This document shows, piece by piece, positions 49,093 to 59,848 of a stretch of DNA of 64,000 bases. Made by a program: the position numbers and the translations under genes. The notes under the pieces were generated by a model. The model saw nothing but the letters and a program-made list of their open reading frames with translations. It was not told where the DNA came from and did not search any database. The stretch comes from an uncultured Bacilli bacterium (GTDB lineage: Bacteria > Bacillota_I > Bacilli_A > ML615J-28 > CAG-313), in contig CATLBQ010000002.1 in NCBI GenBank assembly GCA_949879765.1, forward strand, positions 79,652 to 143,651, in the 5' to 3' direction. Each line of letters opens with the position of its first letter. Position 1 is the stretch's first letter.

Positions 49093-52000
49093 TTGAAAAG
49101 AAAATATAAATATTTACAAATAGGGATTGCATCACCTGAAGAAATCATTTCTTGGGCTAATCCTGAGCTACAAGGGAAAGATTTTACATATGATCCACTT
49201 CACAAAGATCGTGTAACGTACACGAATGAAGCAGGTGAAAAAGTGGAATGTATTCTAAAAGGTGAAGTAAAAAAATCAGAGACAATCAACTATCGTACCT
49301 TGAAACCTGAAAAGGATGGGCTATATTGTGAGGTTATCTTTGGACCTACAAAAGACTATCAATGTGCATGTGGTAAGTCTCGTAAAAATACAGGTGAACG
49401 CAAAGTCTGTGAAAAGTGTGGCGTTGAATTAACCGAAAGTAAGGTACGTCGTGAAAGAATGGGGTACATTGCATTGGCAGCACCGGTTGTTCATATTTGG
49501 TATTTGCGAAATACACCAAGTAAAATTGCTATTCTATTAGATATGAAGGCAAAAGATGTCTTAGAAATTGCCGCATTATCATCATATATCATTACAGAAG
49601 TGTTAGATGATACCATTGAGGATATCTTCCCTGGTCGTATTATTACACAACAGGAACATAGTAGATATAGTCGAATGTATTTTGGTAAATACAAAGTAAA
49701 AACTGGTGCAGAAGCGATTAAATTCTTACTTCAAAGCTTAGATTTAAAAGAAATTGTCGATGAAATTCGTGCTGAATTGAAAGTTGCAACTAAACAAAGA
49801 AGAGAAAAATTAATTAAACGTCTTGAAATTGTAGAAGCTTTCTATCATTCAACAAATAAACCTGAGTGGATGGTTATGGATGTAGTGCCAGTTATTCCAC
49901 CTGATTTAAGACCAATGGTACAATTAGATGGTGGTCGTTTTGCTACGACTGATTTAAACGATTTGTACCGTAGAATCATCTCAAGAAATAATCGTTTGCG
50001 AAAACAAATTGAAATACGTTCACCAGAGATGATCATCAAAAATGAAAAAAGAATGCTACAAGAAGCTGTTGATTCATTGATTGATAATTCAAAACGTAAG
50101 AATAAAGCGGCGGTAGATAAAAATAGACCACTTAAATCTTTATCAGATATTCTAAGAGGTAAACAAGGACGTTTCCGTCAAAATCTATTGGGAAAACGTG
50201 TAGACTATTCAGGACGTTCAGTTATTGTTATTGGACCAGACTTGAAAATGTATCAAGCAGGTATTCCTCGTGAAATGGCCTTAATTTTATTTAAACCATT
50301 TATTATCAATTATTTGCGTCAAAAAGAGCAAAATGAAATGGCACTCACTACTGCTGAGGGGGTTCTTCAAATGCCGATTTCTAAAGATAAAGCAGGAGTA
50401 AAGCGAGCTAAGGAATTAATTGAACGTGGTGCGCCTGAGGCTATGGAGGCATTAGAAAAGGTTGTAGTTGAACATCCAGTATTATTGAATCGTGCGCCTA
50501 CATTGCACCGTTTGTCTATTCAAGCGTTTGAACCTAAATTGGTAGAGGGAAAAGCCATTCGATTGCATCCACTTGTAACAACCGCATTTAATGCTGACTT
50601 TGATGGTGACCAAATGCCTGTTCATGTTCCTTTGTCAGAAGAAGCACAAGCAGAAGCAAGACTATTGATGTTGGCCTCTAAAAATATTTTAGCCCCAAAA
50701 GATGGTAAACCAGTTGTTACACCTTCACAAGATATGATTTTAGGAAACTACTATTTGTCTATTGAACGTTCACAAATTGATCGTGAATATAAGACATTTG
50801 AAGACGTTTATCTAGCCTATTTGACTTGTGAAATTGAATTTAATAATCAAATTATTGTAAATGATGAATGGACATATCGTGATGTGATGGCATTAAAAAA
50901 AGATGTTGAAGCGGGTATTGCCCCTAGTGTGGGTCGCTTCTTTGTGCCTGGTAGAGAAGGGAAAGCTTTTTCTAGTGAAGAAGAAGTTATTCATGCGTAT
51001 GAAAAAGGTGATATTGACTTCCATACTCGATTTGTCATTCCTGGTAAAGCCATTGCAAAACCTTTTGTTCATTTAGATCCGAAAGATCCTGATTACGAGG
51101 CAAAAGTCAAATTAAATGATGAATTAAAGAATCAATATTTAATTACAACCTATGGTAAGATGATTTTTAATCAAGTTTTCCCTGAAAATTTTGTCTACGT
51201 CAATGAACCGGAAAGAAAAAATTTAGCTGAAGGTACACCATTACGGTATTTTGTGAAAAAAGGTGAAAACTATAAAGAGATTATTAAAAATGCTCCACTT
51301 GTTTCTCCGTTTAAAAAAGGTATGCTTAGTATGAGTATCAGTGAAGTGTTTAGACAATCTAAATTAGCGGAAACCTCTAAAACACTAGATAAAATGAAAG
51401 ACTTGGGATTTAAATATTCTACGATTGCGGGAATCACTGTTTCGGCATTTGACGTTGTAGTTGCGGAAGAAAAACGTGAAATTATTGCCAAGGCTGAAGA
51501 AATTGTAAAAAAATACAATCAAATGTATCGTCGTGGTACTATGCTTCGTGCTGAAAAATCTCGTATGGTAATTGAAGTTTGGAATACCGCTACAAAAGAT
51601 ATTGAAGCATCTATTAAGAAAAAGATGCAAGTCGATGCTACAAAGAATCACATTTTTATGATGGCCGATTCTGGTGCCCGTGGTAGTTCAAGTAACTTTA
51701 CCCAACTTGCTGGTATGCGTGGATTAATGGCTAAGCCAAATGGTGAATCTATGGAAATACCAGTAAAAGGATGCTTTATTGAAGGTATGTCTATGTCTGA
51801 GTTCTTTATTTCCACACATGGTGCCCGTAAAGGTTCAACAGATACTGCCTTAAAGACAGCTGAATCTGGATATTTGACCAGACGTCTTGTTGACGTGTCT
51901 CAAGATATTACCATTACTTGTGATGATTGTGGTACAGACAAAGGTATGGTTGTAAAAACACTTTATAATAAAGATCCAGATAAAACACCAAATGGCTATT

Positions 52001-53124
52001 CGGATAAGAATATTTGCGTTAATTTAAAAGATCGTATTATAGGGCGGTTTGCCGCAAAACCAGTAGTAGCGCGTGTTGATGGTAGAAAAACTGTACTTGT
52101 TGATAAAGGTGAGTTTATTACTGAAGCTATTGCTCAGCGCATTGTAGATGCAAAAGTAGAAGAGGTATCTGTACGAACATTGTTGACATGTGATGCTAAA
52201 ACTGGTGTTTGTATCAAATGTTATGGTTCAGATCTATCAACGACAGGCATTGTAGAACGTGGCGAGGTTGTAGGTATTGTGGCTGCCCAATCTATCGGTG
52301 AACCGGGTACACAATTAACCATGCGTACATTCCATAGTGGTGGTGTTGCAACGAGTGGTGATGATATCACACAAGGTTTACCTCGTATTCAAGAATTGTT
52401 TGAGGCACGTGAACCTAAAGGGAAGGGAATTATTTCTGAAATCAAAGGTGTCGTATCGAATGTCAATGTAAGAGGAGATAATCGTACTGAAATTACTGTA
52501 GAAAGTCCAATAGAGGGCAATAGTAAAACATACCTAACAGATGCAGGAAAGAAATCAATCGTTGAAGTTGGCGAAGCTGTTCAAGCAGGTGATTTGTTAT
52601 CAGAAGGGCTAATTCATCCAAAAGAACTTTTACGTGTCGCACCAGTTGAAAAGGTTGTGCAATACATTTTGAAAGAAGTGCAAAAAGTATACCGTTCCAC
52701 AGGTGTTGCTATTTCTGATAAGCACGTTGAAATCATTGTAAAACAAATGCTTCAAAAGGTAGTTGTTATTGATGAAGGTGATACGGAATTACTTCCTGGT
52801 ACATTCATTTCAAAACCAGAGATTTATCGTATCATCAAAGAATGTTATGATAATGGACGTAGAATCCCAGTTGTTAAACCAGTTATTTTAGGAATCACTA
52901 GAGCATCTTTAAAAGCGGATTCATTCTTATCGGCTGCATCATTCCAAGAAACAACTCGTGTTTTGACAGAAGCAGCTATTCGAGGTAAGATTGACAAACT
53001 AGAAGGATTGAAAGAAAATATCATTATTGGCGGATTGATTCCAGCTGGTACTGGTTTGGTAGATGAAGAAGATGTGCATATCTTAGAAGACTATATGGCT
53101 CCTGTCTACGATGTTAAAAAATAA
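49093..53124 (+). CDS. rpoC: DNA-directed RNA polymerase subunit beta' (probable TTG start; alternative GTG at 49084).
   Basis: 1344 aa. Zinc motif CxC...CxxC. NADFDGD catalytic motif. Starting at the TTG gives MKRKYKYLQIGIASPEEI. Confidence 0.95.
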   Translation: MKRKYKYLQIGIASPEEIISWANPELQGKDFTYDPLHKDRVTYTNEAGEKVECILKGEVKKSETINYRTLKPEKDGLYCEVIFGPTKDYQCACGKSRKNTGERKVCEKCGVELTESKVRRERMGYIALAAPVVHIWYLRNTPSKIAILLDMKAKDVLEIAALSSYIITEVLDDTIEDIFPGRIITQQEHSRYSRMYFGKYKVKTGAEAIKFLLQSLDLKEIVDEIRAELKVATKQRREKLIKRLEIVEAFYHSTNKPEWMVMDVVPVIPPDLRPMVQLDGGRFATTDLNDLYRRIISRNNRLRKQIEIRSPEMIIKNEKRMLQEAVDSLIDNSKRKNKAAVDKNRPLKSLSDILRGKQGRFRQNLLGKRVDYSGRSVIVIGPDLKMYQAGIPREMALILFKPFIINYLRQKEQNEMALTTAEGVLQMPISKDKAGVKRAKELIERGAPEAMEALEKVVVEHPVLLNRAPTLHRLSIQAFEPKLVEGKAIRLHPLVTTAFNADFDGDQMPVHVPLSEEAQAEARLLMLASKNILAPKDGKPVVTPSQDMILGNYYLSIERSQIDREYKTFEDVYLAYLTCEIEFNNQIIVNDEWTYRDVMALKKDVEAGIAPSVGRFFVPGREGKAFSSEEEVIHAYEKGDIDFHTRFVIPGKAIAKPFVHLDPKDPDYEAKVKLNDELKNQYLITTYGKMIFNQVFPENFVYVNEPERKNLAEGTPLRYFVKKGENYKEIIKNAPLVSPFKKGMLSMSISEVFRQSKLAETSKTLDKMKDLGFKYSTIAGITVSAFDVVVAEEKREIIAKAEEIVKKYNQMYRRGTMLRAEKSRMVIEVWNTATKDIEASIKKKMQVDATKNHIFMMADSGARGSSSNFTQLAGMRGLMAKPNGESMEIPVKGCFIEGMSMSEFFISTHGARKGSTDTALKTAESGYLTRRLVDVSQDITITCDDCGTDKGMVVKTLYNKDPDKTPNGYSDKNICVNLKDRIIGRFAAKPVVARVDGRKTVLVDKGEFITEAIAQRIVDAKVEEVSVRTLLTCDAKTGVCIKCYGSDLSTTGIVERGEVVGIVAAQSIGEPGTQLTMRTFHSGGVATSGDDITQGLPRIQELFEAREPKGKGIISEIKGVVSNVNVRGDNRTEITVESPIEGNSKTYLTDAGKKSIVEVGEAVQAGDLLSEGLIHPKELLRVAPVEKVVQYILKEVQKVYRSTGVAISDKHVEIIVKQMLQKVVVIDEGDTELLPGTFISKPEIYRIIKECYDNGRRIPVVKPVILGITRASLKADSFLSAASFQETTRVLTEAAIRGKIDKLEGLKENIIIGGLIPAGTGLVDEEDVHILEDYMAPVYDVKK

Positions 53125-53131
53125 AACGATT

Positions 53132-53168
53132 AGACTCAAAAAAGATATCTTTTTTGAGTCTTTTTTTT
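53132..53168 (+). terminator. Rho-independent terminator after rpoC.
   Basis: A perfect 14-bp stem AGACTCAAAAAAGA/TCTTTTTTGAGTCT followed by T7. Confidence 0.85.
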
Positions 53169-53241
53169 GATTTGAAGCCTTAAATTGATAGATTTATAGA
53201 AAATATGGTATAATATATAAAACGAGTAAAGGAGGATTTCA

Positions 53242-55563
53242 ATGGTAGTACAAGTAGTGATTAATGTGCCAAGTAGTCAAGTGGACCAAGAATATACCTA
53301 TTTATTACCTGATGCAATGTCTTCTTATGCTCAAATTGGTTCGCGTGTAAAAGTGCCGTTTGGTGATGCCAATCGGGTGGTGATGGGGTATATTATATCT
53401 GTTCAAGAGAATGCAAATTATTTAGGTGAGATGAAATCGGTCTATGAAGTTATCGATTATCATCCTTTGATAACAACCGTTCAAATTGAACTTGCGAAGG
53501 CAATAAAAGATGATGCTATATGTCCCTTGATTCGCATTTTAAATTTAATGATACCCAAAGCGATGATTTTGAAGACCAATAAATATTTAACTATCCAAAA
53601 TTATATGGCTATCGATGCTAGTTTAGCAAAATTATTTATGGAAAAAGAAACGATTCCGTATACAATGAAATTGTCGCCATTTGATCACATTATTGCAAAA
53701 GAGATTCAAAAGGGAAACATAAAATTAGGATATGATGCTATGCCTAGAACCCATCATAAATTTGTGGATAAATACGTAATGAATCCCAGTGCCATATATC
53801 AAGAAATTGCTGAATTGAAAAGCGAAAAACAAAAGGAATTTTTGTTGCTTGCCAAAGATGAGTCGGCTATGACCAAAGAGGAATGGATTGAGAAGTATGG
53901 GACGAGTAGATATATGATAGATACACTCTACAAAAAAGGTTTTTTGAGGAAGATTCAAGAAAAAGCATCAAGGGTAAAGGTAAGACAGATTCCCATTGAG
54001 AAGAGAATCCGAAACTCAAAAGATACTTTGGTTCAAGAAGTACTTACTAGTTTGAATAAAGTGGATAAACCTATTTTATTTATGCCAAGTAATGAAGAAC
54101 AGTTATTCAATTTAATCTATCAAGTTATTCATATGTACCAAATAGAGAAAAAGAATATTGTCATTCTTACGCCAGAAATCCTAAATAGTTATAGAATATC
54201 CAGTTTGATTCGTCAAAAAACAGGTCTTAGTGTAGCCGTAATCAATTCTGATTTATCTGATGGAGAGCGATTAGATAGTTATAATGAAATACTCAATGAT
54301 GAATATAGTGTAATTGTGACAACTGCAGCAGGTGCTCTTTATCCATTTCAAAATGTGGGTGTCTTTATCTTATTAGATATCGAAAGTGATCAGTACTATA
54401 ATGACCAAAGCCCTAGGTATAATTTAAAACTAGTTATGGAACAATATGCAAAATTCATCCAAGCCAAATTGCTTTTCACTTCTTTTTCTCCTAATGTATT
54501 GGATTATACTTATGGATTGAAACAGTATTATCATATCATTCAAGGAGTGCCTGTTTTTAAACAGACAGATGCTGAAGTGGTAGATATGAAACAAGAATTA
54601 AGAATGGCGCATCAAGAGCCGATATCTACACGATTATTCCATTTGCTAAAATATAATATGGACAACCATCAACTTTCTATGTTGGTTGTGGGGAATAAGC
54701 ATTATAGTTCATTTATGATGTGTAGAAGTTGTGGTGAAATTGTAAAGTGTTCAAAATGTAATATTAGTTTGCAATATCATAAAAAAAAGAATCTCTTGAT
54801 TTGCCCAAGTTGTTCAAAAAAAATAGAAATGACAGATTGTTCCATTTGTGGTTCTCACACATGGCAGATGGGTGGGATTGGGATTGAACAGATTGAAGAA
54901 ATTGTTAAGAAACAATTTCCGACGGCTAAAGTAATGGTTTTATCTAATAGCAATTATCAGCAATATTACGATATTATGGGCCAAATTGAGGAAAAGAATC
55001 TAGATATTTTGATAACTACCCCTAATTGCGCCAAAAACATTGATGCGCCAACGTTAACGCTAATTGGCGTGCTGAATATAGATACCATTTCTAGAATGGC
55101 AAGTTTTGATGCGAGCGAAAAAGCTTATCAAATGCTTGTACAGCTTAGAAATCGATTAAGTCAAGATGTAGCGTCTCATTTGATTATTCAGACTTATAAT
55201 AGTGAAAAGGATGATTTTTTAATCGATTTTTTGACATCAGATTATCATGGCTTTGTGAAAAATGAATTGTTGAGTCGAAAGGTACTTCGTAATGAGCCGT
55301 ATTATTATATCAATCGCATTATTGTAAAGGCCAAATATGAGGAAATGTTTAAAGAAGCGAATCAAATTAAAATCTATTTGCAACAGCAATTGGGAAATCA
55401 AATTTTTGTACTCGGTCCAACCTATAATTATCAATTTCAAGGTGTTCAAATTATTATGAAACATCGAATCAATGAAATCAGTGCTGTGTATAAAAAAATA
55501 TATGAAAAATATCAATCTACATCTACAACTATAATTGTAGATAAATATCCAAAATATATATAG
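53242..55563 (+). CDS. priA: Primosomal protein N' (PriA) homologue with degenerate helicase ATPase motifs.
   Basis: PriA-like N-terminus (VNVPSSQVDQEYTYLLP..GSRVKVPFG). Cys-rich region CRSCG..CSKC..CPSC..CSICG. Conserved position upstream of fmt. The Walker A position reads MPSNEEQ, the DEEH position reads DIESD, and the motif III position reads TSFSP. Confidence 0.7.
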   Translation: MVVQVVINVPSSQVDQEYTYLLPDAMSSYAQIGSRVKVPFGDANRVVMGYIISVQENANYLGEMKSVYEVIDYHPLITTVQIELAKAIKDDAICPLIRILNLMIPKAMILKTNKYLTIQNYMAIDASLAKLFMEKETIPYTMKLSPFDHIIAKEIQKGNIKLGYDAMPRTHHKFVDKYVMNPSAIYQEIAELKSEKQKEFLLLAKDESAMTKEEWIEKYGTSRYMIDTLYKKGFLRKIQEKASRVKVRQIPIEKRIRNSKDTLVQEVLTSLNKVDKPILFMPSNEEQLFNLIYQVIHMYQIEKKNIVILTPEILNSYRISSLIRQKTGLSVAVINSDLSDGERLDSYNEILNDEYSVIVTTAAGALYPFQNVGVFILLDIESDQYYNDQSPRYNLKLVMEQYAKFIQAKLLFTSFSPNVLDYTYGLKQYYHIIQGVPVFKQTDAEVVDMKQELRMAHQEPISTRLFHLLKYNMDNHQLSMLVVGNKHYSSFMMCRSCGEIVKCSKCNISLQYHKKKNLLICPSCSKKIEMTDCSICGSHTWQMGGIGIEQIEEIVKKQFPTAKVMVLSNSNYQQYYDIMGQIEEKNLDILITTPNCAKNIDAPTLTLIGVLNIDTISRMASFDASEKAYQMLVQLRNRLSQDVASHLIIQTYNSEKDDFLIDFLTSDYHGFVKNELLSRKVLRNEPYYYINRIIVKAKYEEMFKEANQIKIYLQQQLGNQIFVLGPTYNYQFQGVQIIMKHRINEISAVYKKIYEKYQSTSTTIIVDKYPKYI

Positions 55564-55572
55564 AGGTGAAAT

Positions 55573-56487
55573 ATGCTAAAAATAGTATTTATGGGGACAC
55601 CTTCGTTTGGTGTACCAATTTTAGAGGCTTTAATTGAAAAGTATGAAGTAATTGGTGTAGTAACCCAACCAGATAAGCGAGTGGGGAGAAAACAAGAGAT
55701 GGTGATGTCGCCAATCAAAATTTGTGCACTACAGCACAATATACCCGTTTTTCAACCAGAAAAAATTCGAAAAGATTATGAAGAGATTATGGCATTAGCA
55801 CCTGACTTGATTGTAACTGCTGCATATGGTCAATTGGTAGGGATGAAATTATTAAATAGTCCCCAATATCGTTCTATCAATGTTCATGCATCACTTTTGC
55901 CACTTTATAGAGGAGGTGCACCCATCCATCAGGCGATTAAAGATGGTCAAAAGAAAACAGGTGTAACCATTATGTATATGGAAAAAGAAATGGATGCAGG
56001 AGATATTCTTGCGCAAAGAGAAATTGACATTCTAGATGAAGATACTTGTGGGACGATGTTTGAAAAATTATCGTATCTAGGTAGAGACTTGCTTATGGAG
56101 ACAATTGAGGGTTTGCGTAATCACACAATTACGCCCATTCCCCAGCAAGCCCAATTTGCTACATTTGCATATAACATTACCAAAGAAGAAGAGGAACTAG
56201 ATTTTACTCAGAATGCAAGAAGTGTGTTTAATCATATCAGAGCGTATAATCCAAATCCTGTAGCACATATGCGAATAAAAGGAGAGTCACTAAAAATCTA
56301 TGCCTCCCGTATTGTTGATGAAAAGCACCAACTTGTACCAGGAACCATTTATATCAAGGATAAAAATCGGGTGTTTGTAGCCTGTGGTGAGCAAACTGTG
56401 TTGGAATTATTAGAGGTTCAACCAGTAGGTAAGAAGGTAATGCTTGCAAAAGATTTTGCAAATGGTGCGCTTCGTAAATATTTATAA
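55573..56487 (+). CDS. fmt: Methionyl-tRNA formyltransferase.
   Basis: IVFMGTPSFGVPILEAL and SLLPLYRGGAPI motifs. Confidence 0.9.
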   Translation: MLKIVFMGTPSFGVPILEALIEKYEVIGVVTQPDKRVGRKQEMVMSPIKICALQHNIPVFQPEKIRKDYEEIMALAPDLIVTAAYGQLVGMKLLNSPQYRSINVHASLLPLYRGGAPIHQAIKDGQKKTGVTIMYMEKEMDAGDILAQREIDILDEDTCGTMFEKLSYLGRDLLMETIEGLRNHTITPIPQQAQFATFAYNITKEEEELDFTQNARSVFNHIRAYNPNPVAHMRIKGESLKIYASRIVDEKHQLVPGTIYIKDKNRVFVACGEQTVLELLEVQPVGKKVMLAKDFANGALRKYL

Positions 56488-56501
56488 AAAGGGGAATAAA
56501 A

Positions 56502-57047
56502 ATGAAATCAGAACAAAAATTATACTATTCAAGAGAAGAGATGCAGCGAATCAATACAGAAAAGTTATTAGAACGCGGTGTAACGATTCACGATATTGCA
56601 ACCATTGCATATCAACAACAATATCGATATAATAAAGAAATTAAAATGGAAGATTGTATAGAAAGCGTTGAAAAAATTCTTTCATTAAGGGATATTTTTC
56701 ACCTGCTGCAACTCGGAGCAGAAATTGATCGATTGACTGAAGAAAAGGCGTTTCGTGGTCCAATTCAGACTATTATGGAAAATGATTTAGGCGTCTTTGG
56801 TGTGGATGAAATTTTTGGATTAGACATCGCTAGATTATATGGTGCGATTGGTCAAACGAATTTTGGGGATATCGATGTAAATAAACCAGGTATTGTGGCT
56901 CAATTGAATGAAGATGGAAAATCGGGTAAAAAAGCTTGTCATACTTTTTTGGATGATATTGTAGGAGCGATTGCGGCAGCAGCATCTACTCGGGTGGCAC
57001 AAATATGGTCTGAAGAACAAGCTGCAGAAGATAGAAAAACAGCATAA
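56502..57047 (+). CDS. YutG/PgpA-family (phosphatidylglycerophosphatase A-like) protein.
   Basis: HTFLDDIVGAIAAAAS and the EDCIESVE region resemble Bacillus YutG. Confidence 0.6.
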   Translation: MKSEQKLYYSREEMQRINTEKLLERGVTIHDIATIAYQQQYRYNKEIKMEDCIESVEKILSLRDIFHLLQLGAEIDRLTEEKAFRGPIQTIMENDLGVFGVDEIFGLDIARLYGAIGQTNFGDIDVNKPGIVAQLNEDGKSGKKACHTFLDDIVGAIAAAASTRVAQIWSEEQAAEDRKTA

Positions 57048-57050
57048 TAT

Positions 57051-58259
57051 ATGGAATCCATTCTTGAAATATACAAAATAGGCTATGGACCATCTAGTTC
57101 ACATACGATGGGGCCAGCCATTGCCTCTAAACGCTTTCTTCAAAAATATCCATATGCCACACGATTTTGTTGCGTTTTATATGGATCTTTAGCGCTTACA
57201 GGAAAAGGGCATTTGACAGATTATATTATTCAAAAGACTTTTACGGAAAAAAAGAAAATAATTCAAGTTCTATTTGACTATACAACGACGCTTTCTTATC
57301 ATCCTAATGGTATGAAATTTATAGCGTACAAAGGGGATGAACAAATAGGAGAATGGATAGTATTTAGTGTGGGAGGAGGAAGCCTCAAAGAGGAAAATGA
57401 ACCAAGAAATACATCTGTGACAGATATTTATCCTCATCAAACGATGAACGAAATCTTAAATTATTGTAATGTTCATCAAATGGATTTTGTGCAATATGTG
57501 AAAATGTTCGAAAAAGATGAGCTTGTATCTGAACTAACAAAGGTATTAAAACAAATGAAGAAAACGTTGCAACAAGGGCTTTTTGAAGAGGGGAATTTGC
57601 CAGGTGGTTTGCGTATTCAAAAAAAGGCAAAAGACTTTTACCATCAATATTTGAAAGAACCATCAAAAGAAAAATTAGTTTATGCATATGCTCTTGCTTC
57701 TAGTGAAGAAAATGCATCTGGTCATTTGGTTGTGACTGCGCCAACTTGCGGATCTTGTGGAGTATTACCTGCAGTATTGTTTAGTTATCAAATAGTACAT
57801 CAGTTAGATGATCAAGTTTTAATTGAGGCACTAATGATAGCGGGATTGATTGGCAACATTGTTAAAACCAATGCATCTATTTCAGGTGCTGAAGTGGGAT
57901 GCCAAGGTGAAATTGGTGTGGCGTGCACAATGGCCGCTGCAGCCCTTACATATTTGCAGGGTGGAAAAAACAATGATATAGAATATGCGGCAGAGGTAGC
58001 ATTAGAACACCATTTGGGAATGACTTGTGATCCGGTAGATGGTCTTGTTCAAATTCCCTGTATTGAACGAAATGCGATAGCAGCTATGCAAGCATATAAT
58101 GTAGCATCATATGTAAACGTTGCTGGGGCGATGCACAATATCACTTTAGATAGTGTAATCCAAGTTATGAAAGAAACTGGAACAGATTTACACGCCAAAT
58201 ATCGTGAAACTTCAACTGGAGGACTTGCAATACACAATAGGAGTAATTATGGAAAATGA
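57051..58259 (+). CDS. sdaA: L-serine ammonia-lyase, iron-sulfur dependent (single-chain form).
   Basis: YKIGYGPSSSHTMGP N-terminal signature. Cys ligands (CGSCG, C...C). Confidence 0.7.
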   Translation: MESILEIYKIGYGPSSSHTMGPAIASKRFLQKYPYATRFCCVLYGSLALTGKGHLTDYIIQKTFTEKKKIIQVLFDYTTTLSYHPNGMKFIAYKGDEQIGEWIVFSVGGGSLKEENEPRNTSVTDIYPHQTMNEILNYCNVHQMDFVQYVKMFEKDELVSELTKVLKQMKKTLQQGLFEEGNLPGGLRIQKKAKDFYHQYLKEPSKEKLVYAYALASSEENASGHLVVTAPTCGSCGVLPAVLFSYQIVHQLDDQVLIEALMIAGLIGNIVKTNASISGAEVGCQGEIGVACTMAAAALTYLQGGKNNDIEYAAEVALEHHLGMTCDPVDGLVQIPCIERNAIAAMQAYNVASYVNVAGAMHNITLDSVIQVMKETGTDLHAKYRETSTGGLAIHNRSNYGK

Positions 58260-59679
58260 AATAGAAATCAAAGAAATTAAAGTAGGCTCAAAGTTTATGG
58301 TTGAATGCGATACCCTCAATCATGAAGGTCAAGGAGTTTGTAGGATAGTAGGTATGAAAGATGGCGAAGTGATTGAGAAATTTCCCCTTTTTATCAATGA
58401 ATTTTTGCCACATGAAAAAGGAATTGTTGAAATTGTAAAAGTGTCTAAACATTATGGATATGCCAAATTATTTCGTTTGTTTCAGGAAACTTCTCATCCT
58501 GATCGTATCCGTCCCAATTGTCCTCATGCTGGCTTTTGTGGGGGATGCAATATTATGCATATGAACTATTCTTTACAATTGAGATTTAAACAAAAAATGG
58601 TTATTGATACGCTCAAAAAAATTGGTGGAATAGATGATATAATGGTGCTTCCGGTGATAGGAATGGATAATCCAATAAAATATCGGAATAAAGTTCAAGT
58701 TCCCTTTAGAAAAAAAGGATATAAGACAATATGTGGGTTCTTTAAACGAGATTCACATGAGGTAATTCCTTTCGAAACATGCTATATTCAGTCAGATATT
58801 TCCTCAGAAATTATTCACTTTACAAGGAATTTATGTAATGAGTTTAAAATTCAAGGATATAACGAAGAAAGTGGGAATGGGCTGATACGTCATGTATTGG
58901 TGCGTACCAATTCTAGTTTGACAAGTGCAATGGTTGTTTTGGTGATGACAAATGAAAAAATTCCTTTTCAAGAGGAGTTTGTTACAAAACTAATCAAACG
59001 ATATCCCATGATTTCTTCAATCATTGTAAATATTAACTCACAAAAAGGAAATACAATTCTAGGAGAAAAGTGCAAAACAATTTACGGTAAAGATACCATT
59101 CAAGATGAATTGTGTGGACTGACTTTTCAAATAGGGCCGAAATCCTTTTATCAAGTAAATCCTACCCAAACAGAAAAACTATACAAAAAAGCAATAGAAC
59201 TTGGTAAACTGAGTTCAACAGATACGATAATAGATGCATATTGTGGAATCGGAACAATTGGGATTATTGCATCGAAATATGTTAAAGAAGTATATGCAGT
59301 TGAAATTGTTGAAGAAGCAATTCAAAACGCAAAAGAAAATGCTAAGCGTAATCATATTCAAAATATCCATTTTGTTTGCAATAAAGCAGAAAAACAGATT
59401 GTAGATTGGCATAAACAGCATAAAAACATAGATGCTATTGTTGTAGATCCGCCACGAAAAGGTTGCGATAAAGTGCTATTAGACACAATTGATGAAATGA
59501 GCATCCCGAAAATGATTTATGTTTCTTGTGATCCTGCAACACTTGCTAGAGATTTAAAGTATATGCGTGAAAAGGGATACAAAATATGTTGTATCCAACC
59601 TGTGGATATGTTTCCAATGACTTCAAATATAGAAACCATTGCAATCCTTTTGCGGAATAAGGAGAACAAAAGTATATAG
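58249..59679 (+). CDS. rlmD: 23S rRNA (uracil-C5)-methyltransferase RlmD/RumA family (TRAM domain, 4Fe-4S, methyltransferase).
   Basis: TRAM N-terminus. Cys cluster (CPHAGFCGGC). SAM motif DAYCGIGTIG. Catalytic VDPPRKG..CDP. RBS AGGAG before the ATG at 58249, overlapping the sdaA stop. Confidence 0.8.
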   Translation: MENEIEIKEIKVGSKFMVECDTLNHEGQGVCRIVGMKDGEVIEKFPLFINEFLPHEKGIVEIVKVSKHYGYAKLFRLFQETSHPDRIRPNCPHAGFCGGCNIMHMNYSLQLRFKQKMVIDTLKKIGGIDDIMVLPVIGMDNPIKYRNKVQVPFRKKGYKTICGFFKRDSHEVIPFETCYIQSDISSEIIHFTRNLCNEFKIQGYNEESGNGLIRHVLVRTNSSLTSAMVVLVMTNEKIPFQEEFVTKLIKRYPMISSIIVNINSQKGNTILGEKCKTIYGKDTIQDELCGLTFQIGPKSFYQVNPTQTEKLYKKAIELGKLSSTDTIIDAYCGIGTIGIIASKYVKEVYAVEIVEEAIQNAKENAKRNHIQNIHFVCNKAEKQIVDWHKQHKNIDAIVVDPPRKGCDKVLLDTIDEMSIPKMIYVSCDPATLARDLKYMREKGYKICCIQPVDMFPMTSNIETIAILLRNKENKSI

Positions 59680-59848
59680 GAGTGAAAATAGCCAATATTT
59701 ATTCGGCTATTTTTTTAATTATTTGAATATCATGTAGAATTGTGATATAATACATATAAATAGGGAAAAAGATTTTAAACTGAAAATATCGAAAGATATT
59801 AACAAAACAAGGAAATAATTGCTTGATAAAAATGAACGAAGGAGCTTT

